Below are positions 46,724-55,615 of a DNA stretch of 57,044 nt, one piece after another. Under the pieces are notes generated by a model. It was not told where the DNA came from and searched no databases. It saw nothing but the letters and a program-made list of their open reading frames with translations. The DNA lies in assembly GCA_043750125.1 (NCBI GenBank), contig JAYVCD010000415.1, positions 1-57,044 on the forward strand, read 5' to 3'. The position numbers were made by a program, and so were the translations under genes. This stretch comes from Archangiaceae bacterium. Its GTDB lineage: Bacteria > Myxococcota > Myxococcia > Myxococcales > Myxococcaceae. Position 1 is the stretch's first letter. The number at the start of each line of letters is the position of its first letter.

Positions 46724-48109
46724 CTACGCCGTCGCTTCGGGCATCGGCGCAACCGGGTGGAGCGCGGCGCGGCGCTCCTGCACCACCGTCGTCAAGACCC
46801 GGCTGAACGTCCGTTCGAGCCGCTCGAAAGAAGTCGACAGCAGCGCCTGCATCCGGCTGGCGCCTTTGATCGGCGTCCGGCCCTTCACCGCTTCGCGCCA
46901 GACGTCGAACGTCGACAGCCCCATCACCCGCGCGTATTCCGAGACGAACGTCCGTGGGTTGGCGTATTCGCCCGAGAGAATGCCCATCGACTTGGCGCGC
47001 GCCTTCTGGGACGAGCCCCAATATCGAAACGTGCCCGCCTGCAGCGCCTTCGAGCCTTCGTCGTGGGCGCGGAAGACTTCGTACAGGGCCTCGGTGAAGA
47101 CTTCTCTCGACCGGATAAAGCGATAGCGGCGCTGCTGATATTCGAGCAGGGCGCTCTGCGACGGGCCCGCGGTTCCCAGGCACGCGCACAACGTCAACAC
47201 GTCGTTCACTGCGTTGGTCATGCCCGCGGCCGTCAGCGGGTGCATGCAGCCGCCTGAGTCTCCCACCAGCACGATTCCGTTCGCCGCGCACGCGTCGGTC
47301 GACACCGAGTGGGTCGCGCACCCTTCCAGCGGTCGATTCTGCAGCGACAGCAGCATCGCGCTGCGCAAAGGCTCGGGGACGAAAGGCGCGAACGCGTCTT
47401 CGACGTACTGCTTGATCGCCGCCTTCCCCCTGGCCTCGCCGACCGGCACGTCGATGCACATCCGCACCCGACCCTGTCCATAGGGGTAGGCGAGGATCGG
47501 CCCCGGCGCTCCGAGGAAGACGTGGCCGTGGCCGGGGTGCGGCATGACATCGCCTTCCACCGAGACCGCCACGGTATGCGAGAGCAGCTTCACCTCGGGG
47601 TTCAGGCCGAGCAGCGCGCGGATCTTCGACTGCCGTCCATCGGCGCCGATGGTCAGGTCGGCGCGGTGCTGTTTTCCATCGGCGGTGCGGACCCCGGAAA
47701 TTCGCGCCCCGTCGCGAAGCAGCCCGTCGACCCGCTGCCCGGTCAAGAGCCGAACCCCCGGGCGCGCCCCCACCACCTCGCGCAGCTTCCCGACCATCGC
47801 GTGGTGATCGATGCCCACCCCGGTGCCGAACCCGATTCCGTACGGCAACACCATCGGAACCTGACCTTCGCCCGCGGTCACCGCGAAGCCTTTGATCGCC
47901 ACCGCCCCCGCCTCGAACAGCGGAGCCTTCAGCCCCAGCGTCTCGAGCCCCCGAACGCCACGGGGGTGAATCAGCTCGCCTCGAAATCGGGGGTCAAAGC
48001 CCAGGTGGGACTCGAGCACGGTGACCGTGGCTCCGCGCGCAGCCATCGCTGCCGCACTGACCAGGCCTGCAAACCCTCCCCCGACGACGACCACCTCGGT
48101 CCTGAGCAT
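46724..48109 (-). CDS. Squalene monooxygenase (epoxidase)
   Basis: GGGFAG, RFRGELIHPRG, GADG, GDSGGCMHPLTAAGMT, EALYEVF; divergent from the squalene synthase-like gene, with an OSC nearby. Confidence 0.85.
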   Translation of the reverse strand: MLRTEVVVVGGGFAGLVSAAAMAARGATVTVLESHLGFDPRFRGELIHPRGVRGLETLGLKAPLFEAGAVAIKGFAVTAGEGQVPMVLPYGIGFGTGVGIDHHAMVGKLREVVGARPGVRLLTGQRVDGLLRDGARISGVRTADGKQHRADLTIGADGRQSKIRALLGLNPEVKLLSHTVAVSVEGDVMPHPGHGHVFLGAPGPILAYPYGQGRVRMCIDVPVGEARGKAAIKQYVEDAFAPFVPEPLRSAMLLSLQNRPLEGCATHSVSTDACAANGIVLVGDSGGCMHPLTAAGMTNAVNDVLTLCACLGTAGPSQSALLEYQQRRYRFIRSREVFTEALYEVFRAHDEGSKALQAGTFRYWGSSQKARAKSMGILSGEYANPRTFVSEYARVMGLSTFDVWREAVKGRTPIKGASRMQALLSTSFERLERTFSRVLTTVVQERRAALHPVAPMPEATA

Positions 48110-48236
48110 GGGCGGCGATGTACTTGAGGGTTCCCGGCCGGTGAAGCGCGTCACGGGGCCTCTGACACTCGTCAGTCAACTCGACCCTCGGGACAGGTGA
48201 GCCCACTGCGCGGCTCGTGTAAGTCGATGCTCAGCC

Positions 48237-49142
48237 ATGCGTGTGGATCTCGATGACTTGCTGCTCAAAACATCGCGGACGTTCGCGCTCGCCATTCCCC
48301 TGTTGCCCGAGCCGACGCGGCGCGCGGTCTCGGTGGCGTATCTGTTGTTCCGAATCGCGGACACCTTCGAAGACGCGACGACCTGGCCGAGCCAACAACG
48401 GATTGAAGCGCTGACGGCCTTCGCCCGGGGAATTGAAGATCCACCGCCGCGCGCGGGCCTGCAGGCGGCGACGAAGCGCTGGCTGGCGGTGCCTCCTTGC
48501 GATCACCCCGGTTACCTCGAGCTGTTGAAGCTGACCGTCGAAGTGGTGGCCGAGCTGGACGAGATGTCGAGCGGGGCTCGGGAAATTTTGATTCGCCACA
48601 CGGTCCGTACGGCCGAGGGAATGGCCGAGGTGGTGGCCCGCGCCGACGACCAGGGAAACCTGCGGCTGGCCTCGATTCAGGAGCTCAAGGACTACTGCTA
48701 CATCGTCGCGGGAATCGTCGGCGAGCTGCTGACCGATTGTTTCCTTCACGACGCGCCCCAGCTGCAGCAAATCGCTCCGACGCTGCGGCGACACATGGCC
48801 GCCTTCGGAGAAGCGCTGCAGTTGGTGAACATCTTGAAAGACGCCGGAGACGATGCGCGCGACGGTCGGGTCTACCTGCCGCCCACGGTCCCGCGGGCCG
48901 AGGTGTTCGCCCTCGCGCGCAAAGATCTCGAAGCGTCTTTCGAGTACGTCGCCGCTCTGCAGAACGCGAAAGCCCCCCAGGGCTTTCTGGCATTCACCGC
49001 CCTTCCTGCTCGGTTGGCGCACCAGGCGCTGATGGCGATCGAGCAGCGGGGCCCGGGCGCGAAGGTGCCCCGGACCGAAGTGGCGCTGTTGATGGAACAG
49101 CTGCAGTCAGACCTGGCGGCCGGCCGGAACCTCAGCGCCTGA
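48237..49142 (+). CDS. Squalene synthase (squalene/phytoene synthase family)
   Basis: SRTFALAI, YLLFRIADTFED, YCYIVAGIVG, LQLVNILKD, GRVYLP. Confidence 0.85.
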   Translation: MRVDLDDLLLKTSRTFALAIPLLPEPTRRAVSVAYLLFRIADTFEDATTWPSQQRIEALTAFARGIEDPPPRAGLQAATKRWLAVPPCDHPGYLELLKLTVEVVAELDEMSSGAREILIRHTVRTAEGMAEVVARADDQGNLRLASIQELKDYCYIVAGIVGELLTDCFLHDAPQLQQIAPTLRRHMAAFGEALQLVNILKDAGDDARDGRVYLPPTVPRAEVFALARKDLEASFEYVAALQNAKAPQGFLAFTALPARLAHQALMAIEQRGPGAKVPRTEVALLMEQLQSDLAAGRNLSA

Positions 49143-49242
49143 GCCGATTTCCCCCGCGGAACCGCCGGCCCGGAGCTCGGGCTGCAGCCGGAACTTCGTC
49201 GCCTGGACTTTCAAATTCCGCCGTGGCGCGGCCGGCCCGTCG

Positions 49243-50418
49243 TCAGGCCGCGTCGCGGTCGGTGGTCGCCGCAGCGGTCGACACGTTCGAAATCGAGCTG
49301 CCCGCGAGCACGCTGCCCAGCAGCCTCACCACCGCTTTGCGCACGGTCGGGTTGTTGTAGGCGCCGGCGACGGCATCGAGAATCGGCGAAGCGACCACCG
49401 CACGCAGCGCAAGTCCGCCGACGAAGCCGGTCGTGAAGCGCTTGCGGTGCTTCCACAGGTACCCGTCCCACGCCTTGGCTTCGGTGGCCTTTCCCTGGAG
49501 CACATCCGACACCGCCTCGGCGGCGAAGATCCCGCTTTGCATCGCGTGGTAGATGCCTTCGCCGGTCGCGTTGTGGGTGACGCGCGCGGCTTCGCCCAGG
49601 TACAGCGAGCCCGCGGCTGTGCAGTGACCGACCCAGTTCGTGTAGACGATCGGGTGGCCCTTCCACTTTCCTACCGGCTTCGCCGTCTTCAGCTGTGCCC
49701 CGTAGTGATCATCGAGGAAGCGCTGAAACACCTGGCGCAGGTTGCGGGTCGACTTCTGGCCCTCGTCGTCCTGGCCGTCGACGCAGATCCCGATGTTCAC
49801 CCGGTGGGCCGTCTCGGGGAACATCCACCCGTAGAGCGGCGCGACCTGCTTGTCGAAAATCATGTCGAGCTGCCCAGGAGCGTGCTCGAAGTCTTCCCAC
49901 CAACCCATCAAGGTCGAGATCGATCGCTTCGGCCGCGGGTCGCTGGAGAAAATCGAGTGGGCCCCGTCCGCGCAGAGCACAAAGCGGCCGTGGTGTTCCT
50001 GCCCGTCGACGCTGCGAACGCCAATCGCGCGACCCGCTTCGTCTTTGATCAACCGCTCGGCGCGGAAGCCGGTGGTCAGCGTCACTCCCAGCGATTGCGC
50101 CTTTTCGACGATCAGGTTGTCGAAGACCCGGCGCAACAAGACGACCGCCGCCGCGTTGGAGGCGAGGATCATCTCTTTCCCGCCCGGGGTCACGATGCGC
50201 ACTGACATGATCGGGTAGGCCTGCTTTCGCACTTCGTCGCCCAGGCCGAGCTCGTCGAGCACTTTGAGCGCGTTCGGCGAGAGCCCCGAGCCGCACGTCT
50301 TGTCGCGCGGAAACGGGTCGCGATCCAACAACAGCACGTCCTTCACTCCGCGCTGCGCGAGGGCGAGCGCGGCTGCTGCGCCCCCCGGGCCGGCTCCGAC
50401 GATGACTGCGTCATGCAT
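49243..50418 (-). CDS. Geranylgeranyl-reductase-family FAD oxidoreductase
   Basis: GAGPGG, FPRDKTCGSGL, ADGAHS, YGWMFP, GEAA...GEGIYHAMQSG. Confidence 0.85.
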   Translation of the reverse strand: MHDAVIVGAGPGGAAAALALAQRGVKDVLLLDRDPFPRDKTCGSGLSPNALKVLDELGLGDEVRKQAYPIMSVRIVTPGGKEMILASNAAAVVLLRRVFDNLIVEKAQSLGVTLTTGFRAERLIKDEAGRAIGVRSVDGQEHHGRFVLCADGAHSIFSSDPRPKRSISTLMGWWEDFEHAPGQLDMIFDKQVAPLYGWMFPETAHRVNIGICVDGQDDEGQKSTRNLRQVFQRFLDDHYGAQLKTAKPVGKWKGHPIVYTNWVGHCTAAGSLYLGEAARVTHNATGEGIYHAMQSGIFAAEAVSDVLQGKATEAKAWDGYLWKHRKRFTTGFVGGLALRAVVASPILDAVAGAYNNPTVRKAVVRLLGSVLAGSSISNVSTAAATTDRDAA

Positions 50419-50447
50419 GGTGGTGGGCGCCTACTACACAAGGACGC

Positions 50448-52109
50448 CTAGGAAATAGGCTTGGCCGCCGTCTTCGCCCACGCGTCCTTGAGCGACACCG
50501 TCCGGTTGAAGACCAGCGCTCCTTCGGCGGAATCCCGATCGACGCAGAAATAGCCCAGCCGCTCGAACTGAAAGCGCTCGCCGACCTTCGCGGCGGCAAC
50601 CGAGGGCTCGAGGCGCGCGGAGGTCAACGTCTCGAGCGAGGCTGGGTTGAGCTCCTTCAAATAGTCGCGGTCGGCGCCATCGGGGCTCTCGTGCTTGAAC
50701 AGCCGGTCGTACAGGCGAACCTCGGCCTTCACCGCGTGCTTCGCCGACACCCAGTGCAGGGTGCCCTTCACCTTGCGGCCATCGGGCGAGTCTCCGCCCC
50801 GGGTCGCGGGGTCGTAGGTGCAGATGAGCTCGGTCACTTCGCCCGCGGCGTTCTTCACCACTTGTTTGCAGGTGATGAAGTAGGCCGCGCGCAGCCGGAC
50901 TTCGCTGCCGGGGAAGAGGCGAAAGAACTTCTTCGCCGGCACTTCCATGAAGTCTTCGTGCTCGACGTAGAGCTCGCGCCCGAACGGCACCTGCCGGGTG
51001 CCCGCGGTGGGGTCCTCGGGGTTGTTCATCGCCTCGAGCAGCTCTTCCCCCCCTTCGGGGTAGTTCTCGATCGTCACCTTCAGCGGCCGGAGCACCACCA
51101 TTTTCCGCTGGGCGGTCTGGTTCAAGTCTTCGCGAATCGCGTTCTCCAGCCGGCCGAGGTCGATGGTCGACTCGAGCCGGGTGACTCCCACGTCCTCGAC
51201 GAACTTCGCCAGGGCCTGCGCGGTGTAGCCGCGGCGGCGCAGCCCGGTCAGCGTCGGCATCCGCGGGTCATCCCACCCGTTGACATGTTTGCCCTTCACC
51301 AGCTCGAGCAGCTTTCGTTTGCTGGTGACGATGTAGTTGACCTTCAACTTCGCGAACTCAATCTGCTGCGGGTGGTGAATGCCCAGCTCGTTGAGAAACC
51401 AGTCGTACAGCGGGCGGTGGTCCTCGAACTCGAGGGTGCAGATCGAATGGGTGATGCCTTCGATCGAGTCTTCCAGCCCATGCGCCCAGTCGTAGGACGG
51501 GTAGATGCACCAGGCGTCTGCGGTGCGGTGGTGCGAGGCCTTGACGATGCGGTACATCACCGGGTCGCGCAGGTTGATGTTCCCCGCCGCCATGTCGATC
51601 TTCGCGCGCAGGGTATGGGTGCCTTCGCCAAATTCGCCCGCGCGCATCTTGCTCAGCAGCTCGAGGTTTTCGGCGGGGCTGCGATCGCGAAACGGGGAGT
51701 TCTTTCCGGGCTGGCCAAACCGGCCCCGGTATTCGGTCATCTGCTCGGCGGTCAGGTCACAGACGAAGGCCTTCCCCTTCTTCACCAGGTCGACCGCCCA
51801 GCCATACATCTGCTCGAAATAGTCCGAAGCGAAGAACACCTTCGGTCCGATCTCGGCCCCCAGCCACCGCACGTCATCGATGATCGCGTCGACGTATTCC
51901 TGTTCTTCCTTCGCCGGGTTGGTGTCGTCGAAGCGGAGGTTGAAGGTGCCTCCATTGGCTTTGGCCAGGCCGAAGTTGAGGCAGATGCTCTTGGCGTGAC
52001 CGATGTGCAGGTACCCGTTGGGCTCCGGCGGAAACCGGGTGTGCACCCGCCCGCTCCACTTTCCGGAGGCCTTGTCCGCGTCGACGATTTCCTGAATGAA
52101 ATGACTCAT
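50448..52109 (-). CDS. glnS: Glutamine--tRNA ligase
   Basis: RFPPEPNGYLHIGHAK, RFDDTNP, THSICTLEF, TSKR, WDDPRMPT, FQFERLGYF. Confidence 0.96.
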   Translation of the reverse strand: MSHFIQEIVDADKASGKWSGRVHTRFPPEPNGYLHIGHAKSICLNFGLAKANGGTFNLRFDDTNPAKEEQEYVDAIIDDVRWLGAEIGPKVFFASDYFEQMYGWAVDLVKKGKAFVCDLTAEQMTEYRGRFGQPGKNSPFRDRSPAENLELLSKMRAGEFGEGTHTLRAKIDMAAGNINLRDPVMYRIVKASHHRTADAWCIYPSYDWAHGLEDSIEGITHSICTLEFEDHRPLYDWFLNELGIHHPQQIEFAKLKVNYIVTSKRKLLELVKGKHVNGWDDPRMPTLTGLRRRGYTAQALAKFVEDVGVTRLESTIDLGRLENAIREDLNQTAQRKMVVLRPLKVTIENYPEGGEELLEAMNNPEDPTAGTRQVPFGRELYVEHEDFMEVPAKKFFRLFPGSEVRLRAAYFITCKQVVKNAAGEVTELICTYDPATRGGDSPDGRKVKGTLHWVSAKHAVKAEVRLYDRLFKHESPDGADRDYLKELNPASLETLTSARLEPSVAAAKVGERFQFERLGYFCVDRDSAEGALVFNRTVSLKDAWAKTAAKPIS

Positions 52110-52206
52110 GGCGTCAGCCTTCCTCGCCCAGCCGTGGGTGAAAAGCCACCCTTCGACAGCGCAGGATCAAATGAAGTAGCACCGTTTCAGGCGGATTTTT
52201 CCACCA

Positions 52207-52629
52207 ATGACAGAAACACTTCCCCGATTTCGCGTTCTGCTCGTGGTTCGAGACACCGCAGAGCGGACCTCGCTGGCCAGCCTGCTCGAGCCGGACTTCG
52301 AACTTCATGCTGTGGCGACGGGGAAAGAAGCGCTCAGCGTGCTCGAGGCGAGGCGCTTCGAGGTGCTGTTGATCGAGCAGAACCTGGAAGACCAAAGCGG
52401 AGCCAAAGTCGCCACCGAAGCGGGCCGAATGCCGGGATCCTTAAGCTGCATTCTGCTGGGCGAGCAGGACGAAGAGCTCACCGCGGCGCAGCGCCAGAGC
52501 GCTCAATTGCTGACGGTGGTCGTCAAGCCCTGGCATGCGGCGCGGCTGGTGCGATTGCTCGACCAGTCGGCCCGATTGGCACTGGCCCGTCGGGCCGCGG
52601 ATGCGATTCAGAAACAGCGCGAGCCCTGA
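52207..52629 (+). CDS. Atypical single-domain response regulator
   Basis: REC fold pattern with KPW; acidic pocket degenerate (VVRD) and the phospho-Asp position appears to be Glu (LLIEQNL). Confidence 0.75.
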   Translation: MTETLPRFRVLLVVRDTAERTSLASLLEPDFELHAVATGKEALSVLEARRFEVLLIEQNLEDQSGAKVATEAGRMPGSLSCILLGEQDEELTAAQRQSAQLLTVVVKPWHAARLVRLLDQSARLALARRAADAIQKQREP

Positions 52630-52641
52630 GGGCGCGTCCGC

Positions 52642-53082
52642 TCAGAAGGGAGCATCCTCATCGCCCGGAGGGGGCGGCTCTTCCTGACCACTTCCGCCTC
52701 CGCTTCCGCCGCCCTGGCGAGCGACCTCGGCTTCAATCGCCGCGAGAAGCACGCGTTCCTTGTCGTGCCAGCGGCTCTTGCTGGGGTCATTGAGCGTTCG
52801 CTTGCAGCCGTTGGCGTAGTACTCGAGGTCCTGCATCGAGCCCCCGCGAACCGGCATCCCCTTGCTGCGCCCATAGGGAGGAAACACCAGCCCGTCACCG
52901 CCACCCGAGGCTCCGGCAGATCCTCCGGCTGCGGCACGAGGCGCGGGCGTCGAACCGATCGAAAGCTGACCCATTGAAATGCTGAAACCGTCCGCACTTT
53001 TGGTGGCCGTTCCGACGCGCACCTGCTCGACCGAGCCATCGTTGCGGGTGACTGCGACAGTGACTGGAAATTGATCGCTCAT
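52642..53082 (-). CDS. Hypothetical protein with SSB-like acidic C-terminal tip
   Basis: ATG 53082; FPPYGRSKG...DLEYY domain; Gly/Pro linker ending in GDEDAPF. Confidence 0.75.
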   Translation of the reverse strand: MSDQFPVTVAVTRNDGSVEQVRVGTATKSADGFSISMGQLSIGSTPAPRAAAGGSAGASGGGDGLVFPPYGRSKGMPVRGGSMQDLEYYANGCKRTLNDPSKSRWHDKERVLLAAIEAEVARQGGGSGGGSGQEEPPPPGDEDAPF

Positions 53083-53123
53083 GTCGAATGAAATGGCAGC
53101 CGAACGCTCGAGAGTCAACGCGT

Positions 53124-53489
53124 TCATGCCTGCACCTGCGCCACCACCGGCCGCACGAACAACGAGAAGCCGGCCTCGTTGATTCGCAGCAGCGGTCGCA
53201 GCTTCATCGCCTCGATTCGCACTGGGCTGAGCATTCCTCCCCCCAACATCTTGATCATCGCTCGCACCAGCGGCATCGGAGCCGGCTCGGTGAACACCAG
53301 CGAGCAGGTCGCCCGACCTTCCACCACGAACACCATCGATGGAGCTTCGTTTGGCAGGCAGTGCGCCTCGTCGAGCAGCGACTGGATCAGCGCTTCGGCT
53401 ACGTCCCCTTCGGCATCGAACTGCAGGGCCGGCCCCGACGCCGGAACCTCGGACTGCGGAAAAAACTCCTCTCGGTTGCTTCGCTTCAT
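53124..53489 (-). CDS. Hypothetical protein
   Basis: ATG 53489 (MKRSNREEFF...) preceded by a purine-rich RBS-like stretch; no recognisable motif. Confidence 0.5.
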   Translation of the reverse strand: MKRSNREEFFPQSEVPASGPALQFDAEGDVAEALIQSLLDEAHCLPNEAPSMVFVVEGRATCSLVFTEPAPMPLVRAMIKMLGGGMLSPVRIEAMKLRPLLRINEAGFSLFVRPVVAQVQA

Positions 53490-53700
53490 TTCTTCCCCCC
53501 GGAAAAAATTCCTACGAGTGAGTGCGACGAGAGGAAGAGTACTGATCAGGTCTGACATGTGGCCGCCCGCCGCAGCGGTGCGATTGAGACACCCTGCCTT
53601 CTGGGCTGCGAAACCTGGGCAGGCTGATGAAGAAGTGTTGAGGCTCTTGCCCCCGGTGCATCGAGAGGAACACTCTGCGAACAACCCGGAGGGATTTCAC

Positions 53701-54041
53701 ATGATGCGAGTGATACAAGCCTGACGCTGTGTCTGATGCTGCCGATGTCTGCCTTTGCCGAGGATGTACAGGGAGCGCCCGCGGCAGACCAGCCGACCCA
53801 GGCGTCGCTGGTTCCGACCGAGGGCGCCGCCCCGGCGAATCGAGCCACCGAAGGGACGCGCGCCTGTGGAATGTCGGGCGGCTGTTGCCACGCAGGCGGC
53901 AAGGCGAAGTGGATTGTGCTGACCGGGGTCGTCGGAACCCTGGTCACCGCCGCCGCCGTGGGGATCGCGGTCGGGGTGGCCCGCTCACAGCCGTCGACGG
54001 GTCAGATTCCGCGCTGGTTTTTTTTTAAACGGCGCAGGTGA
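53701..54041 (+). pseudogene. Small secreted/membrane protein with an apparent frameshift in its signal peptide
   Basis: GGAGGG + ATG 53701 gives MMRVIQA*; a shifted frame continues LTLCLMLPMSAFAED... with a C-terminal TM helix. Confidence 0.45.
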
Positions 54042-54057
54042 GGGCGAGGTCCGTCGA

Positions 54058-54519
54058 TCAGGCGTCCTTCTCGCCCTCGAAGTACTCCACCTGCGTCCCC
54101 TTCTTGAACATGAACCGCTTGGTGTTCGGAGGCGCCCCGACCGCCGCGGCCACTTTGTCCGAGTCGGGGTACTCGACGATGTCCACCCCCTGCGTCGCCG
54201 ACATCGCGACATAGACCATCGGCTCGGTGCCATCGTTGATCAACTGGTGCGGCAAACCGCCGGGGGGAAACGAGACGTAATCGCCCGCGGCGATCGGCGT
54301 TAATCCTTCCGAAGTCCGCACCTGGCCCTTGCCGGAAATGACGAACATCGCCTCTTCGGTGATGTGGTGCGAATGAAGAGGAAACGACTTCTTTCCTGGG
54401 GTCAGCTCCCACAAGCCGCAGCTGAGCTTTTCGCCTCCCAACGGTTTGCGGCGCTGGTGAAAAGCCCCCTTCTGCATCGCGTCCGTCCACGCCACTTCTG
54501 CCGTCCGAACGATTTTCAT
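54058..54519 (-). CDS. Cupin domain protein
   Basis: PLHSHHITEEAMFVISG, AGDYVSFPPG..HQLIN, YPDSDK. Confidence 0.9.
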   Translation of the reverse strand: MKIVRTAEVAWTDAMQKGAFHQRRKPLGGEKLSCGLWELTPGKKSFPLHSHHITEEAMFVISGKGQVRTSEGLTPIAAGDYVSFPPGGLPHQLINDGTEPMVYVAMSATQGVDIVEYPDSDKVAAAVGAPPNTKRFMFKKGTQVEYFEGEKDA

Positions 54520-54574
54520 GGCCCGCGATCTACTCCAAAGCGGGCCCCGAAATCGTCCTCACCCGGGGGCTTTT

Positions 54575-55054
54575 TCAGTCGGGGACGAAGTGCCGACGCA
54601 AGTAGTCCTGCGCGTGATCGAACGCGCCTCGCGCGGCAGCGGAAACCTCCGTTCCCCCCTGGGCCAGTCGCGCGGCCCGCAGCACCGGCCCCGACCGCTC
54701 ATCGGCGTGCCGCGGGGGAAGCAACCCTTCCAGGACGTCAAGCCGCGACCGCGCCTGGGCCACGACGCCCAGCGCTTCGTCCAGCGGCAGCTCTTTGTCG
54801 TTCAGCGATCGCGCGAGCAGGCAGTCAAACCGTCGACACGTGAAGGGCCGCTGCGCGTAGACGGTGCACCGGCACCCGGCGAGCGCCCCACAGCGCTGGG
54901 GAAGTCTCGAGCGGCCGGCTTCCTCGTGCACCTCGACCCCGGCGGCCTTCATCGTTCGCCCTTCCTCGGCCGAGAGGACGACGAACGAGAACAGCGTCCC
55001 GTCGCAGCACATCCCGCATGCCGTACACAGACTGCTCGCCGCCGATTCGCTCAT
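54575..55054 (-). CDS. YkgJ-family (CxxCxxCC) cysteine cluster protein
   Basis: LCTACGMCCDGTLF...C..L...CTVYAQRPFTCRRFDC. Confidence 0.85.
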   Translation of the reverse strand: MSESAASSLCTACGMCCDGTLFSFVVLSAEEGRTMKAAGVEVHEEAGRSRLPQRCGALAGCRCTVYAQRPFTCRRFDCLLARSLNDKELPLDEALGVVAQARSRLDVLEGLLPPRHADERSGPVLRAARLAQGGTEVSAAARGAFDHAQDYLRRHFVPD

Positions 55055-55085
55055 CTCGTCGCCCGCCATTGAAGGCGAGGTCCGC

Positions 55086-55565
55086 TCACGGGTCATCGGG
55101 GTCATGACCCAGAAAGTGGTGACGCAAGAAGCCTTCGGCCTTCAGCCACGCCTGGTGCGCGTCTTCGGAAATCGGCCCGTCCTGGCCCTCGCGCGCCCGC
55201 TGAAGCGGAGTCGCCGGGGATCCCGGTTCCGGGTCGGGAAGTGCCAGCTCGACCTTGCGAATCAGCTGGTGCGCCTCGACCACGATCGCCATCGCTTCCT
55301 CGAGCGGAATCTCTTCTTCCGTCACCGCCTCGCCCAGGTCGCAGACGTATTTGCGGCACCCCTCGGGACGAGAGAAGTAGATGCCGCAGTTCCTTCCCTT
55401 CAGTGCCGAACAACACTGGCGCAGCCGCAGCGTCCCGTCCGCGTACTTCACCGTCGGGACCTGCAGCGCCTTCAATCGCATCACCTCGTCGCTCGAGAGG
55501 CGCACGTGTCCGAACAGCGACCCATCGCAGCAAAGCCCGCAAGAACGGCACAGCTCGGAAAGCAC
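55086..55565 (-). CDS. YkgJ-family (CxxCxxCC) cysteine cluster protein, tandem paralog
   Basis: LCRSCGLCCDGSLF...CGIYFSRPEGCRKYVC; start estimated at GTG 55565. Confidence 0.85.
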   Translation of the reverse strand: MLSELCRSCGLCCDGSLFGHVRLSSDEVMRLKALQVPTVKYADGTLRLRQCCSALKGRNCGIYFSRPEGCRKYVCDLGEAVTEEEIPLEEAMAIVVEAHQLIRKVELALPDPEPGSPATPLQRAREGQDGPISEDAHQAWLKAEGFLRHHFLGHDPDDP

Positions 55566-55615
55566 CCGGGCGCTTGTAACAGGGCTGTGAAAAACGCGCT
55601 CCCCGGGGGGTGTTT

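Noticed and set aside
53701-53745. TGA codons near Cys residues (QA*RCV*CC) as a possible Sec peptide
   Set aside because: The read-through frame is low-quality Arg/Pro-rich sequence; the shifted frame gives a sensible signal peptide, so a frameshift is the simpler explanation.
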